A stretch of 64,000 nt of DNA from an uncultured Erythrobacter sp. (GTDB lineage: Bacteria; Pseudomonadota; Alphaproteobacteria; Sphingomonadales; Sphingomonadaceae): NCBI GenBank assembly GCA_947498065.1, contig CANMIS010000003.1:336739-400738 (forward strand), in the 5' to 3' direction. Position numbers and translations under genes: made by a program. Numbering within the stretch: the first letter of the stretch is position 1; each line of letters starts with the position of its first letter. Below the pieces are notes generated by a model. That model saw nothing but the letters and a program-made list of their open reading frames with translations. It did not search any database and was not told where the DNA came from. This document shows positions 28,709-38,930 of the stretch, one piece after another.

Positions 28709-29271
28709 TGCTGGCGCATCGCAATTTCGCTCATGAAGCGCGGCTCATCACCATTGGCGAGCCACTCCGCCTCGCCTCCGACCGCGCCTAGCATGGTGAC
28801 CAGGTCGTCTTGCTCAGCCTTGACGTAGTTCCCGAGCACATAGCTTGAGACGCGGTCCTTGTGGCCCGGATGACCAATGCCCAGGCGCACGCGGCGGAAA
28901 TCCGCGCCAAGATGCTTGTCGATAGAGCGCAGGCCATTGTGCCCGGCCGTGCCGCCGCCTTGCTTCACCTTCACCTTGAAGGGCGCGAGGTCGAGTTCAT
29001 CATGAAAGACGGTAAGGGCATCGAGCTCCAACTTGTAGAACCGCATGGCCTCGCCAACGCTGCGGCCGCTCTCGTTCATAAAGGTTGCGGGTTTCAGCAG
29101 CAGAATGCGGTGCGAGCCGATCCGACCTTCTTGAACCCAACCCTGAAACTTCTTTTGAACCGGGCCAAAGCTGTGCATTTCGGCCAGCACATCGCACGCC
29201 ATGAAGCCGACATTGTGCCGGTGCATGGTGTATTTCGGTCCGGGATTTCCAAGGCCAACCCAAAGCTGCAT
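28705..29271 (-). CDS. pth: Peptidyl-tRNA hydrolase
   Basis: MQLWVGLGNPGPKYTMHRHNVGF...GHNGLRSI. Confidence 0.97.
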   Translation of the reverse strand: MQLWVGLGNPGPKYTMHRHNVGFMACDVLAEMHSFGPVQKKFQGWVQEGRIGSHRILLLKPATFMNESGRSVGEAMRFYKLELDALTVFHDELDLAPFKVKVKQGGGTAGHNGLRSIDKHLGADFRRVRLGIGHPGHKDRVSSYVLGNYVKAEQDDLVTMLGAVGGEAEWLANGDEPRFMSEIAMRQQ

Positions 29272-29410
29272 CGTGCTTCTCTAGCTAAGCGAATCTATCT
29301 GGCAAGGATTGATCGGTCGCGATAGCGACCGCAAGGCCGACCGGTCGCCCGCAGCGATGCGCCTGAAAGGCGCGTGAGCGAGGAAATCGCATGCCCGGAT
29401 GGGCGTGCGG

Positions 29411-29452
29411 AACACAATAACGCAAACGGCGGACTGGTTTCCCAGCCCGCCG
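29411..29452 (-). terminator. Rho-independent terminator of rplY
   Basis: Minus strand reads CGGCGGGCTGG-GAAA-CCAGTCCGCCG (11-bp stem with one G.U), followed by TTTGCGTTATTGTGTT. It begins 36 nt after the rplY stop. Confidence 0.7.
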
Positions 29453-29487
29453 CCTTGGTGATTGCGTTTGCAAAGGACTGGTGCGAT

Positions 29488-30162
29488 TTACTCGCCGCTG
29501 TCCTCGCCACCTTCAGCTGCTTCTTCGCCGCCTTCGGTTGCTTCAGTCTCTTCGCCCTCATCTTCTTCGCCTTCGGCGCTTTCTGATTTCTTGAGAGCGG
29601 ATGGAGCGACGAGCGTCGCGATGGTGTAGTCACGATCGGTGATCGCGCTTTCGCTACCAGCTGGCAGCTTCACTTCGCTGATGTGGATCGAATCGCCGAC
29701 TTCCTTGCCGGTTACGTCGATTTCAATCTCGCTTGGGATCTTGTCAGATTCGCAAACCAGATCGAGCTCGTGACGGACCACGTTAAGAACGCCGCCCTTC
29801 TTGAGGCCAGGCGATTCTTCTTCATTGGTGAAGATAACTGGAATGGCGACTTCGATCTTCGCATCCTTGGAAAGGCGCAGGAAGTCGACATGCGTCGGAC
29901 GGTCTGTGACCGGATGCAGGGCAACGTCCTTCGGCAGGGTGCGGACACTCTTACCATTAACATCGATGTTCACGATCGAGTTCATGAATTGGCCGGTCAT
30001 CATCTGACGGACCAGTTCTTTTTCTTCGATGTGGATCGTGGTTGGTTCTTCTTTGCCGCCGTAAATAACGGCTGGGATGCGGCCTTCGCGGCGTAGTGCA
30101 CGGGAGGCTCCCTTGCCTGCCCGTTCGCGTGCCTCGGCCGGCAGTGTCAGAGCGTCGCTCAT
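29488..30162 (-). CDS. rplY: 50S ribosomal protein L25/general stress protein Ctc, with acidic C-terminal tail
   Basis: [30 protein letters not shown]... Ctc-form two-domain length, with tail [28 protein letters not shown]. Confidence 0.95.
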   Translation of the reverse strand: MSDALTLPAEARERAGKGASRALRREGRIPAVIYGGKEEPTTIHIEEKELVRQMMTGQFMNSIVNIDVNGKSVRTLPKDVALHPVTDRPTHVDFLRLSKDAKIEVAIPVIFTNEEESPGLKKGGVLNVVRHELDLVCESDKIPSEIEIDVTGKEVGDSIHISEVKLPAGSESAITDRDYTIATLVAPSALKKSESAEGEEDEGEETEATEGGEEAAEGGEDSGE

Positions 30163-30324
30163 AATCGTCTACCTTTCAAATGCGGAATAAAGTTTCAAAA
30201 TCTTCGCGCGCCACGCCTCCAGGGATGACCATGACGTCGGAAGAGGGCGCGCCTTAGGGCGTGCGTGCGGGCTTGGCAAGCGTTTTGGCGGTGGCTGCGA
30301 CGCCTCTGGGCAAGGCAGGGAGTG

Positions 30325-31218
30325 CTAGTGCAGCGGCGTGACAGTGTAGCCGCTGGCACTGAGCATGGCAGGCAAGCCGTCTGGACCGACCAGATGAGCG
30401 GCACCAACGGCGACGAGCGGACGCTCATCACCTGCTAGCATCGTCTCAAGCTGTTTCGCCCAATCCCGATTGCGCCCGACCAGCAAAGCCTCACGCAGTT
30501 CCGGATCGGCCATGATGCCCGTTTCGGTCGCGTCGATCAAAGTGGCCGTGTCACCGGTAAGCCAGGCATTGCGCAGCCGCGCTGGATCGGCCTGGAGCTG
30601 CTTTGCCTCAGTAATGATGCCGGAGAGCAGGTCACGCTGATCCTGCTCGGGCAGGCTGTCAAAGATGCGCAGCTGCGCGATTGCACCTTCGAACTCGCGC
30701 ACGGGGCGACCTTCGAAATCGCGCACCACCGCGCGGTCAACGCCGTTTGCCGGATCGCCTTGCGCGCCAACTTGCGCTAGCTGCAGGGCGGCGGCCCATG
30801 TCTCGGTTGATCCGAATTGCGCCGCGGAGAAGTTTGATTTGGATATCAAGTCAAACAGGGCAGGGCGCTTATCCTCGCTAACCCGCATGGCGAGGTCCGG
30901 CAGGCCCGGTGTGTAGGCAAGCTGGGCAAAGACCGCGGCAATCGTCTCGTTGTCTTCCAGATTGGCGACCTCAACAACAACCAAGTCGGCGGTATCAATA
31001 GCCGCCTCTATTTCAGTTGTGCGCCAGTTCGTGCCATCGGGGAGGGCGTGGATCGTGCCCAGCATCCAGCCCTCAGTTTCACCGTCTGCATTGGTAATTT
31101 CGAAGAGCGGCGGAGACGCTTCATCAGCAGCAGGAGCGGCTGAGTCTGAGCCGCAGCCGGCGAGCGCCAGCAAAGCTGCCAGTGGGGCAGCAATGCGGAC
31201 GCTCGCAAAACGGTGCAT
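30325..31218 (-). CDS. TraB/GumN family protein, lipoprotein
   Basis: Lipobox LALAGCGS. Family motifs GTIHALP and AVGAAHLVGPDGL. Confidence 0.8.
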   Translation of the reverse strand: MHRFASVRIAAPLAALLALAGCGSDSAAPAADEASPPLFEITNADGETEGWMLGTIHALPDGTNWRTTEIEAAIDTADLVVVEVANLEDNETIAAVFAQLAYTPGLPDLAMRVSEDKRPALFDLISKSNFSAAQFGSTETWAAALQLAQVGAQGDPANGVDRAVVRDFEGRPVREFEGAIAQLRIFDSLPEQDQRDLLSGIITEAKQLQADPARLRNAWLTGDTATLIDATETGIMADPELREALLVGRNRDWAKQLETMLAGDERPLVAVGAAHLVGPDGLPAMLSASGYTVTPLH

Positions 31219-32174
31219 TATTGGATGCGAGCGGAGACGATGCCGCGCGCTTCGAGATAATCCTGAACGCTTTTCTCACCAACCAGATGACCCGCACCTA
31301 CTGCCATGAAGACAGTGCCGGGTTCAGCCATGCGAGCTTCGATCCATTCAGCCCAATTGCTATTCCGGTCGTAGAGCAGCGCTTCTGCAAGCGCTGGATC
31401 CTCTTGGAACGCTTCGTTTAGAATTGCAGCTACGGCTTCGACATCGCCCACGGCCCAATTGTCGATGATCTTTTGCAGTTCGGGCGCGATGTTGTCGATC
31501 TGCTCGGCTGCATCCATGAGGTATTTGATCTGCGCGTCTTGCGGCAGGCTGTCGAAAATGCCGAGTTGAAACTCGACCGTTTCCAAGGCTTCGCGTTCTT
31601 TTGTCTCGCCGACGATCGCTTCGAGTACGACTTCGGTGCCCGTTTCTGCTTTTATGCCTGCGCTTGAGAAAGCAATTTGTGACATTGCAATCGATGCAAA
31701 CCAAGGTTCCAGAGGATCAAGAGCCGCTGCTGGCGTGCCGAGCTTGCTCATAGCCGCTTCATAAACTGCAGTCTGCTCTTCTGTGAGGAGACTGCGAAGC
31801 GTCGTGCCCTGTGGAAGCAAAGCGATCTGACCGACCAACTGCTGCATTTGAACCATGGCATCGTCGGTCATGTTGATCTCAGTCACGAGAACTGAGCTTT
31901 CATCGAGGGCGGTTTTGATCTCGCCTTTGTACCAATCCACATCGTCCGGCAGCGCGTGAACCGTGCCAAACATGTAGATGGTAGTGTCCTCATCCGAGAC
32001 TGACCAGAGCGCCGGGCCAGAGCTTGCGCTTTCCGCGATTTCCATTTCGGATGCTTGGGCTTTTGTGTCCGGAACAGGCGCAGGTAGGGTTTGCGTTTGC
32101 GCGCAGGCGGAGGTGCCAGCCAGAAGCGTGATCGGGACGAGGGCAGTTGTAATTGTACGGGAGAAGTTCGTCAT
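31218..32174 (-). CDS. TraB/GumN family protein (tandem paralog), secreted
   Basis: Signal peptide with AGTSACAQ. Motifs GTVHALP and AVGAGHLVGEKSV. 1-nt overlap with the downstream paralog. Confidence 0.8.
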   Translation of the reverse strand: MTNFSRTITTALVPITLLAGTSACAQTQTLPAPVPDTKAQASEMEIAESASSGPALWSVSDEDTTIYMFGTVHALPDDVDWYKGEIKTALDESSVLVTEINMTDDAMVQMQQLVGQIALLPQGTTLRSLLTEEQTAVYEAAMSKLGTPAAALDPLEPWFASIAMSQIAFSSAGIKAETGTEVVLEAIVGETKEREALETVEFQLGIFDSLPQDAQIKYLMDAAEQIDNIAPELQKIIDNWAVGDVEAVAAILNEAFQEDPALAEALLYDRNSNWAEWIEARMAEPGTVFMAVGAGHLVGEKSVQDYLEARGIVSARIQ

Positions 32175-32267
32175 AATGCGTTCCTAAATAGAGAAAGTTG
32201 GTCGGAAGGGAATGGGTAATTTTGCCCTTGAAGAAGTTGAAAGTGCGATGCGCTAACTACGCCCGCT

Positions 32268-32696
32268 TCAGACATATTTGCGGTAGAACCAGACAGAGGT
32301 CCAAACGACGCAGACAATTGTGAAAACGATCATCGGTTGCTGCTCTGGCACCCAGCCAGCTCGGGTGGCCAGCCACCGGGTTGGCGCCATGAAAAGGTAT
32401 AGATGCGCAGCAACCATCGCGCCCTCGCGGTAGGCGCCTGCTTCATGTTCATCGACGGCGCGCCACCAAAGCCAACTGATCAAGGGCACAATGACGAGCC
32501 AAACAGCGATCGCAATTATCGCGAACGACGGAGAGATAGGATCATTGGACAGCATAACGTCCATGTCTCCTTCTGCCGTTGCACCAGAATAGATGCCGAG
32601 AACGGCGCCAACGGCGACGGCAATCCAAAGAAGATTGCGCGCCTTGCGGATCTTGGGTGACACAGGAACCGAGGTTTCTTTTTTATTTTTGGTCAT
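32268..32696 (-). CDS. 4-TM membrane protein of unknown function, partner of the small XRE regulator
   Basis: The internal ATG 32696 (MTKNKKETSVPVSPKIRKARNLLWIAVAVGAVLGIY...) overlaps the XRE gene 3' end by 14 nt. Four hydrophobic helices. Confidence 0.65.
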   Translation of the reverse strand: MTKNKKETSVPVSPKIRKARNLLWIAVAVGAVLGIYSGATAEGDMDVMLSNDPISPSFAIIAIAVWLVIVPLISWLWWRAVDEHEAGAYREGAMVAAHLYLFMAPTRWLATRAGWVPEQQPMIVFTIVCVVWTSVWFYRKYV

Positions 32697-32877
32697 CGAA
32701 AATCTCCTCGATTTGCATTTCAAACAGGCGCGCAATTCGGAATGCGAGCGGGAGGGACGGGTCGTGCTTGCCGGTCTCGATGGCGTTGATCGCCTGGCGC
32801 GACACGTCGAGATGAAGCGCCAGTTCGGCCTGGCTCCAATCTCGCTCTGCACGCAGCACTTTCAGCCTATTGTTCAT
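32683..32877 (-). CDS. Small XRE-family HTH transcriptional regulator (COG1476 type, 64 aa)
   Basis: MNNRLKVLRAERDWSQAELALHLDVSRQAINAIETGKHDPSLPLAFRIARLFEMQIEEIF. GGAG lies 9 nt upstream of ATG 32877. Confidence 0.9.
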   Translation of the reverse strand: MNNRLKVLRAERDWSQAELALHLDVSRQAINAIETGKHDPSLPLAFRIARLFEMQIEEIFDDQK

Positions 32878-32904
32878 GAGGTAAAACTCCATTGGCCCAG
32901 ATGC

Positions 32905-33024
32905 TTATTGCAAGGCGAGCGCGACTGTAGTGGTGATATGGCCTAGGCCATAACCCGCCAGCACGAATGTCATCGTCGCAAGAAATGCAGCTATCTTTTC
33001 CTTATGATTATGATGTTTGAGCAC
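32905..33024 (-). CDS. Candidate 39-aa membrane peptide (absent from the ORF track, below its size cutoff)
   Basis: AGGAG RBS 6 nt upstream of GTG (complement of 33022-33024). Translation VLKHHNHKEKIAAFLATMTFVLAGYGLGHITTTVALALQ-stop has one clear TM helix. It ends 27 nt upstream of the XRE gene on the same strand. Confidence 0.4.
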   Translation of the reverse strand: MLKHHNHKEKIAAFLATMTFVLAGYGLGHITTTVALALQ

Positions 33025-33047
33025 TCAAAACTCCTGTCGGCATTTCA

Positions 33048-33120
33048 TGACTAAATGTCAGGTATACATGACTATATGTCGTGATTTGCTGACTATGTCA
33101 AGAGAACCTGACTTTTTGTT
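33048..33120. promoter_or_regulatory. Helically phased operator-like repeats TGAC(N3-5)GTCA upstream of the XRE module
   Basis: TGACTAAATGTCA (33048-33060), TGACTATATGTCG (33069-33081), TGACTATGTCA (33090-33100) and degenerate TGACTTTTTGTT (33109-33120). TGAC starts are spaced 21, 21 and 19 nt apart. Confidence 0.5.
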
Positions 33121-33233
33121 TGGAGAAGTTGACCCCCGATCTGCGGATAAATCCACTTTTGGGTGGGCACATCTGTTCTCATGCTGCGCTGCGGCATTGA
33201 CGCTGGTTGGGGCATCCGCCAAAGCCTGCCGCC

Positions 33234-34148
33234 ATGACCACCCAGCTTCCTCAACGCGATCCCAAACGCTCGTTTCAAGACATGATTCTGACGTTGCATG
33301 ATTTCTGGAGCGCCAATGGCTGCGTTATCTTGCAGCCTTACGATATGCGGATGGGTGCGGGCACGTTTCACACCGCGACAACTTTGCGCGCGCTTGGGCC
33401 AGAGCCATGGAATGCCGCGTTTGTTCAGCCGTGCCGCCGTCCGACCGATGGCCGCTATGGCGAGAACCCCAATCGCCTGCAGCATTACTATCAATATCAG
33501 GTGATCCTGAAGCCGAGCCCAAGCGACATTCAAGAGCTCTATCTTGAAAGCCTGCGCCAGATTGGGATTGATCCGCTGAAGCACGATATCCGCTTTGTTG
33601 AGGATGACTGGGAATCGCCCACGCTAGGGGCTTGGGGCCTAGGCTGGGAAGTCTGGTGCGACGGGATGGAAGTCACCCAGTTCACCTATTTCCAGCAGAT
33701 GGGCGGATTTGATTGCAAGCCTGTGGCGGGAGAGCTGACTTACGGTCTCGAACGCCTCGCCATGTACATTCAGGGCGTCGATAGCGTTTACGATCTGGCC
33801 TTCAACCAGAACGGCGTTTCCTATGGCGATGTGTTTCTCGAAAATGAGAAACAGATGTCGAAATGGAATTTTGAGGTCGCCGATACGGACGCTCTGTTTG
33901 ATCTGTTCAATAAAGCTGAGGCGGAATGCCAAAATGCTCTGGCGGCCCAAGTGCCGATCGCTGCTTACGAGCAGGCAGTCGAGGCGAGCCATATCTTCAA
34001 TCTGCTCCAAGCACGCGGCGTGATCAGCGTACAGGAACGCGCAAGCTATATGGCCCGCGTCCGCGACCTCGCGCGCGGATCATGCGAGGCGCATATGGAA
34101 AAGGAAGCCGCCGGCTGGGCTGAGAAATATCCGGAGTGGTCGAAATGA
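33234..34148 (+). CDS. glyQ: Glycine--tRNA ligase alpha subunit
   Basis: [33 protein letters not shown]...QYQVILKP... ATG 33234 is preferred to TTG 33207. Confidence 0.97.
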   Translation: MTTQLPQRDPKRSFQDMILTLHDFWSANGCVILQPYDMRMGAGTFHTATTLRALGPEPWNAAFVQPCRRPTDGRYGENPNRLQHYYQYQVILKPSPSDIQELYLESLRQIGIDPLKHDIRFVEDDWESPTLGAWGLGWEVWCDGMEVTQFTYFQQMGGFDCKPVAGELTYGLERLAMYIQGVDSVYDLAFNQNGVSYGDVFLENEKQMSKWNFEVADTDALFDLFNKAEAECQNALAAQVPIAAYEQAVEASHIFNLLQARGVISVQERASYMARVRDLARGSCEAHMEKEAAGWAEKYPEWSK

Positions 34149-36205
34149 GCGATTTCCTCCTAGAATTGCGCAGCGAAGAAATCCCTGCGCGCATGCAAAA
34201 GGGCGCGCGCGCTGAACTGGAAAAGCTGTTCCGCCGAGAGCTGGATGCCGCTGGCGTTTCCGTTGGTGGACTCACCATCTGGTCAACCACGCGCAGGCTG
34301 GCTCTGATTGCGCGTGATTTGCCGGTCGCAACCGAGGCGGTGCGCGAAGAGGCCAAAGGGCCGCCCGAAGGCGCGCCGGATCAGGCGGTCGATGGGTTCT
34401 GCCGCAAGAACGGCGTGACGCGCGACCAATTGGAAGTGCGCGAGGTAAAGGGGCGCAACACCTATTTTGCTGTAATCGAAAAGCCGGGACAGGCGGTTGC
34501 TGATCTGCTGTCCGCGGCGATCCCGGCGATCATTCGCGATTTCTCCTGGCCCAAGTCTCAGCGTTGGGGTGCGGCGTCGATCTCGACCGAGAGCCTCAAA
34601 TGGGTGCGGCCTTTGTCCGGCATTGTCGCACTGCTCGATGGCGAAGTCGTGCCGTGCGAAGTGGACGGCATTGTCAGTGGCCGCGTGACCAAGGGGCACC
34701 GGTTCCATTCCGAGGGCAATATCGAGATTGCGAATGCGGACCACTATGCTGGCGATCTTCGTGAGGCGAGCGTGGTTGTCGATCATGTTGAGCGTGAAGC
34801 GATGGTGCGCGAGGGCGCGAAGGCAGCGGCTGAGGCGGCTGGTCTGAAACTCGTCGAAGACGAAGGGCTGGTCGTTGAAAACGCGGGCCTCACCGAATGG
34901 CCAGTACCGCTGCTCGGGCGGTTTGAGGATGATTTCCTCGATGTGCCGCCGGAGACGATCCAGCTGACCGCGCGGGTGAACCAGAAGTATTTCGTGTGCG
35001 AGAATGCAGACGGCAAACTCGCCAACGCTTTTATCTGCACCGCCAATATCGAGGCAGTAGATCCCGCCGTCGTGGTCGACGGCAATCGAAAGGTTCTGGC
35101 CGCGCGGCTGGCCGATGCGCGCTTCTTCTGGGAATTGGATCAGAAGAAAGCGCTGGCAGAGCACGCCAAGGGACTGGAGCGGATTACGTTTCACGAGAAG
35201 CTCGGGACGGTCGCCGATAAGGTCGACCGCGTGGCGAAGCTGGCGTCTTGGCTCGTCTTTGATGCGAAAGAACCCAATGGCGACCATCAGCTTACTCGGA
35301 AGGCTGCTGAGCTTTGTAAGGCGGACCTCGTCACGGAGATGGTCGGCGAGTTTCCTGAACTTCAGGGACTAATGGGCGGATATTACGCGGCGAAAGAGGG
35401 CCTGCCGGTCGAAGTGTCAGAAGCCATCCGCGATCATTACAAGCCGGTTGGGCAGGGCGATGAAGTGCCAACAGCTCCGACGACTGTCGCTGTCAGTCTG
35501 GCGGATAAGCTCGACAACCTGCTCAGCTTTTTCAAAATTGATATTCTGCCGACGGGCTCCAAAGATCCATTCGCTCTTCGCCGTGCGGCGCTTGGTTACC
35601 TTCGGCTTGTCCAAGCCAATGGCTTGAAGCTTTCAATTGATACCGTGGTCCACGCATGGGACGGGCAACCAAGGCACGATCTTTCGGCAAAACTCACAGA
35701 GTTTCTGGTCGATCGGCTTTCCGTCCAATTGCGAGACGAGGGCGTAAGGCATGACTATATCCAGGCCTCGCGCGACTGGCAGGGGCACACGGATATGCGG
35801 CTTGACCGCATCGAGGCTCGGGCGCGAGCACTTTCAGCATTTCTTGCGAGTGATGACGGGGTGAACTTGCTGGCAGGCTACAAACGCGCTGCCAACATTC
35901 TTAAGAAAGAAGAATGGGAGCGTCATGGAACAGATCCGCATGCCTGCGCGCGTGAACCGGCTGAGAAAGAGCTGACTGAAGCGCTTGCGCTAGCGGCGCC
36001 AAAGGCAATTGATTGCGTGCAGTATGAGCGATTTGAGGACGCCATGTCCGCTCTCGCCACTTTGCGCGCGCCGATTGATCGGTTCTTTGAAGATGTGATC
36101 GTCAACGCGGATGATCCGCAAGTGCGCTCCGCCCGGCTCGATTTGCTCGCCCGTTTCCGCGATGCGGTGCACAAAGTCGCCGATTTCAGCCGGATCGAAG
36201 GATAA
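34145..36205 (+). CDS. glyS: Glycine--tRNA ligase beta subunit
   Basis: [19 protein letters not shown]-terminus. ATG 34145 overlaps the glyQ stop (ATGA). Length about 686 aa. Confidence 0.97.
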   Translation: MSDFLLELRSEEIPARMQKGARAELEKLFRRELDAAGVSVGGLTIWSTTRRLALIARDLPVATEAVREEAKGPPEGAPDQAVDGFCRKNGVTRDQLEVREVKGRNTYFAVIEKPGQAVADLLSAAIPAIIRDFSWPKSQRWGAASISTESLKWVRPLSGIVALLDGEVVPCEVDGIVSGRVTKGHRFHSEGNIEIANADHYAGDLREASVVVDHVEREAMVREGAKAAAEAAGLKLVEDEGLVVENAGLTEWPVPLLGRFEDDFLDVPPETIQLTARVNQKYFVCENADGKLANAFICTANIEAVDPAVVVDGNRKVLAARLADARFFWELDQKKALAEHAKGLERITFHEKLGTVADKVDRVAKLASWLVFDAKEPNGDHQLTRKAAELCKADLVTEMVGEFPELQGLMGGYYAAKEGLPVEVSEAIRDHYKPVGQGDEVPTAPTTVAVSLADKLDNLLSFFKIDILPTGSKDPFALRRAALGYLRLVQANGLKLSIDTVVHAWDGQPRHDLSAKLTEFLVDRLSVQLRDEGVRHDYIQASRDWQGHTDMRLDRIEARARALSAFLASDDGVNLLAGYKRAANILKKEEWERHGTDPHACAREPAEKELTEALALAAPKAIDCVQYERFEDAMSALATLRAPIDRFFEDVIVNADDPQVRSARLDLLARFRDAVHKVADFSRIEG

Positions 36206-36266
36206 TGTCTCTCCCCAGGACTAGCCCGCAAGTGTCCAATTTCGCTACCAAAAAGGTACAAGTAAC

Positions 36267-38930
36267 GTGAACACGGTTTATCCATTTGGCGGAAACGCCG
36301 CTCACGATGATGCCCGCCAGAAAGACAAGACCGTCACCGGCGGCAAGGGCGCCAATCTGGCGGAAATGGCGGCGATTGGCCTGCCGGTTCCTCCTGGTTT
36401 CACGATCACGACCGAGGAATGCGTCCGCTATTTGCAGGAAGGCGCGGATTTCTCCGATGATCTGCGCGCGAACGTCGCGAAAGCGCTGGCGCATATTGAA
36501 AACGCGGTGGGCAAGAGCTTTGGCGATGCTAGTGATCCTTTGCTCGTATCGGTGCGGTCCGGCGCGCGGGTGAGCATGCCGGGCATGATGGACACGGTGC
36601 TCAATCTTGGGCTCAATGACGAAACGGTTGAGGGGTTGGCGAAGACGTCTGGCGACGAGCGGTTCGCCTGGGACAGCTATCGCCGCTTTGTGCAAATGTA
36701 TTCCGACGTGGTTCTCGGCGTGGATCACGGCCTGTTCGAAGAAGCGCTGGAAATCTGCAAAGAAGACAATGGTTTTTACGCCGACACTGAGCTGAGCGCG
36801 GATGATTGGCGCGCGTTGGTGAGTGAATATAAGGGCATCGTTGAAAGCGAGCACGGCAAGCCATTCCCGCAAGATGTCGCAGAGCAGCTGTGGGGCGCAA
36901 TCGCCGCTGTTTTCGATAGCTGGGATGCGGACCGGGCAAAGGTTTATCGCCGCCTCAATGATATCCCCAGCGATTGGGGCACCGCTGTCAATGTGCAGGC
37001 CATGGTGTTCGGCAATATGGGCGAAACCAGCGCGACCGGCGTGGCATTCACGCGCGATCCGGCAACGGGCGAGCGGGCCTATTATGGCGAATATCTGATC
37101 AACGCACAGGGTGAGGACGTGGTCGCGGGAATTCGCACACCTCAATACCTGACCAAGGCGGCCCGCGATGCGGCGGGCGCAAAACCGCTGTCGATGGAAG
37201 AGGCCATGCCGGAAGCTTATGGCGAGCTGGCGCGTGTTTTTGATCTGCTCGAGGGGCATTACCGCGACATGCAGGATATCGAGTTTACCGTGGAGCGCGG
37301 CAAGCTGTGGATGCTGCAAACGCGCAGTGGTAAGCGGACCGCCAAAGCGGCGCTCAAAATGGCGGTTGAAATGGTTGGCGAGGGCCTAATCGATCAGAAG
37401 ACCGCGATCCTGCGGGTTGATCCGATGGCGCTTGACCAGCTGCTGCACCCCACGCTCGATCCCGATGCGCCGCGCGATGTGATGACCACCGGCCTGCCTG
37501 CCTCTCCGGGCGCGGCAGCGGGCAAAATTGTGCTCGATGCCGACACGGCAGAGCAATGGTCTGGCCGAGGCGAGAAAGTCATTCTGGTGCGGGTCGAAAC
37601 CAGCCCAGAGGACATTCACGGCATGCACGCCGCGCAGGGCATTCTGACCGCTCGCGGCGGGATGACGAGCCACGCAGCGGTGGTCGCGCGCGGCATGGGG
37701 CGCCCCTGCGTCTCGGGCGCGAACGGCGTTTCGATTGACCTTGCCTCGCGCAGCTTGCGGATCGGCAATCAGGAGCTGAAAGAGGGCGATGAGATCACTC
37801 TCGACGGCGCCAATGGTCAGGTGATGCTGGGCATTGTGCCAACGATTGAGCCAGAGCTAGTCGGTGACTTTGGGACCCTGATGGAATGGGCGGACAGCCA
37901 CCGCCGGATGCGCGTGCGCACCAATGCAGAAACGCCGGCGGACTGCAAAATGGCGCGGCAATTTGGCGCAGAGGGCATTGGCCTGTGCCGCACGGAGCAT
38001 ATGTTCTTCGATGCGGGCCGGATCAGCGCGGTTCGCCAGATGATCTTGGCCGAAGACGAGGCTGGCCGGCGCGGCGCGCTGGAGAAGCTGCTGCCAGAAC
38101 AACGTGCGGATTTCACCGCGATTTTCGAGGTTATGACCGGCCTGCCATGCACGATCCGTTTGCTTGATCCGCCGCTGCACGAATTCCTGCCGCATGGTGA
38201 TGCGGAGTTTGCCGATCTGGCGGATGCGACCGGACTGGGCGTTGATCACCTGAAACGCCGGGCAGGCGAATTGCACGAGTTCAACCCGATGCTCGGCCAC
38301 CGTGGTTGCCGCCTAGGGATCACCTATCCTGAGATCTATGAGATGCAGGCGCGCGCGATCTTCGAGGCGGTTTGCGACGTTCAGGCATCAAGCGGCGAAG
38401 CGCCACTGCCAGAAATCATGGTGCCTTTGGTGGCGACCCGCAAAGAGCTGGCGATTTTGCGCGAGTTGATTGATCGGACCGCCGAGGAAGTGTTCGCCGA
38501 AAAGGGCGCGCGGGTTGAGTATCTGGTCGGCACGATGATCGAGCTGCCGCGCGCTGCTTTGATGGCCGGTGAAATCGCGCATGAGGGCGCTTTCTTCAGC
38601 TTCGGCACCAACGATCTGACCCAAACGACCTTGGGCGTGTCACGCGACGATTCGGCGCGTTTCCTTGCGCCTTATGTCGATAAGGGCATCTTTGCCCGCG
38701 ATCCGTTCGTCAGCCTCGATGTGGACGGCGTTGGCCAGCTGGTCGAACTCGCAGCCGAGCGGGGCAGGGCAACTCGAGCCGACATCAAGCTCGGGATTTG
38801 CGGTGAGCATGGCGGCGATCCCGCCAGTATCGCGTTCTGCGAAGAGGTTGGCCTGGATTACGTTTCCGCCTCGCCATACCGCGTGCCAATCGCGCGGTTG
38901 GCGGCGGCGCAATCAGCGCTGCGGGACTAA
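36267..38930 (+). CDS. ppdK: Pyruvate, phosphate dikinase
   Basis: GGKGANLAEM, catalytic His region GGMTSHAAVVARGMG, and PEP-utilising C-terminal motif GICGEHGGDP. 887 aa. Confidence 0.97.
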   Translation: MNTVYPFGGNAAHDDARQKDKTVTGGKGANLAEMAAIGLPVPPGFTITTEECVRYLQEGADFSDDLRANVAKALAHIENAVGKSFGDASDPLLVSVRSGARVSMPGMMDTVLNLGLNDETVEGLAKTSGDERFAWDSYRRFVQMYSDVVLGVDHGLFEEALEICKEDNGFYADTELSADDWRALVSEYKGIVESEHGKPFPQDVAEQLWGAIAAVFDSWDADRAKVYRRLNDIPSDWGTAVNVQAMVFGNMGETSATGVAFTRDPATGERAYYGEYLINAQGEDVVAGIRTPQYLTKAARDAAGAKPLSMEEAMPEAYGELARVFDLLEGHYRDMQDIEFTVERGKLWMLQTRSGKRTAKAALKMAVEMVGEGLIDQKTAILRVDPMALDQLLHPTLDPDAPRDVMTTGLPASPGAAAGKIVLDADTAEQWSGRGEKVILVRVETSPEDIHGMHAAQGILTARGGMTSHAAVVARGMGRPCVSGANGVSIDLASRSLRIGNQELKEGDEITLDGANGQVMLGIVPTIEPELVGDFGTLMEWADSHRRMRVRTNAETPADCKMARQFGAEGIGLCRTEHMFFDAGRISAVRQMILAEDEAGRRGALEKLLPEQRADFTAIFEVMTGLPCTIRLLDPPLHEFLPHGDAEFADLADATGLGVDHLKRRAGELHEFNPMLGHRGCRLGITYPEIYEMQARAIFEAVCDVQASSGEAPLPEIMVPLVATRKELAILRELIDRTAEEVFAEKGARVEYLVGTMIELPRAALMAGEIAHEGAFFSFGTNDLTQTTLGVSRDDSARFLAPYVDKGIFARDPFVSLDVDGVGQLVELAAERGRATRADIKLGICGEHGGDPASIAFCEEVGLDYVSASPYRVPIARLAAAQSALRD

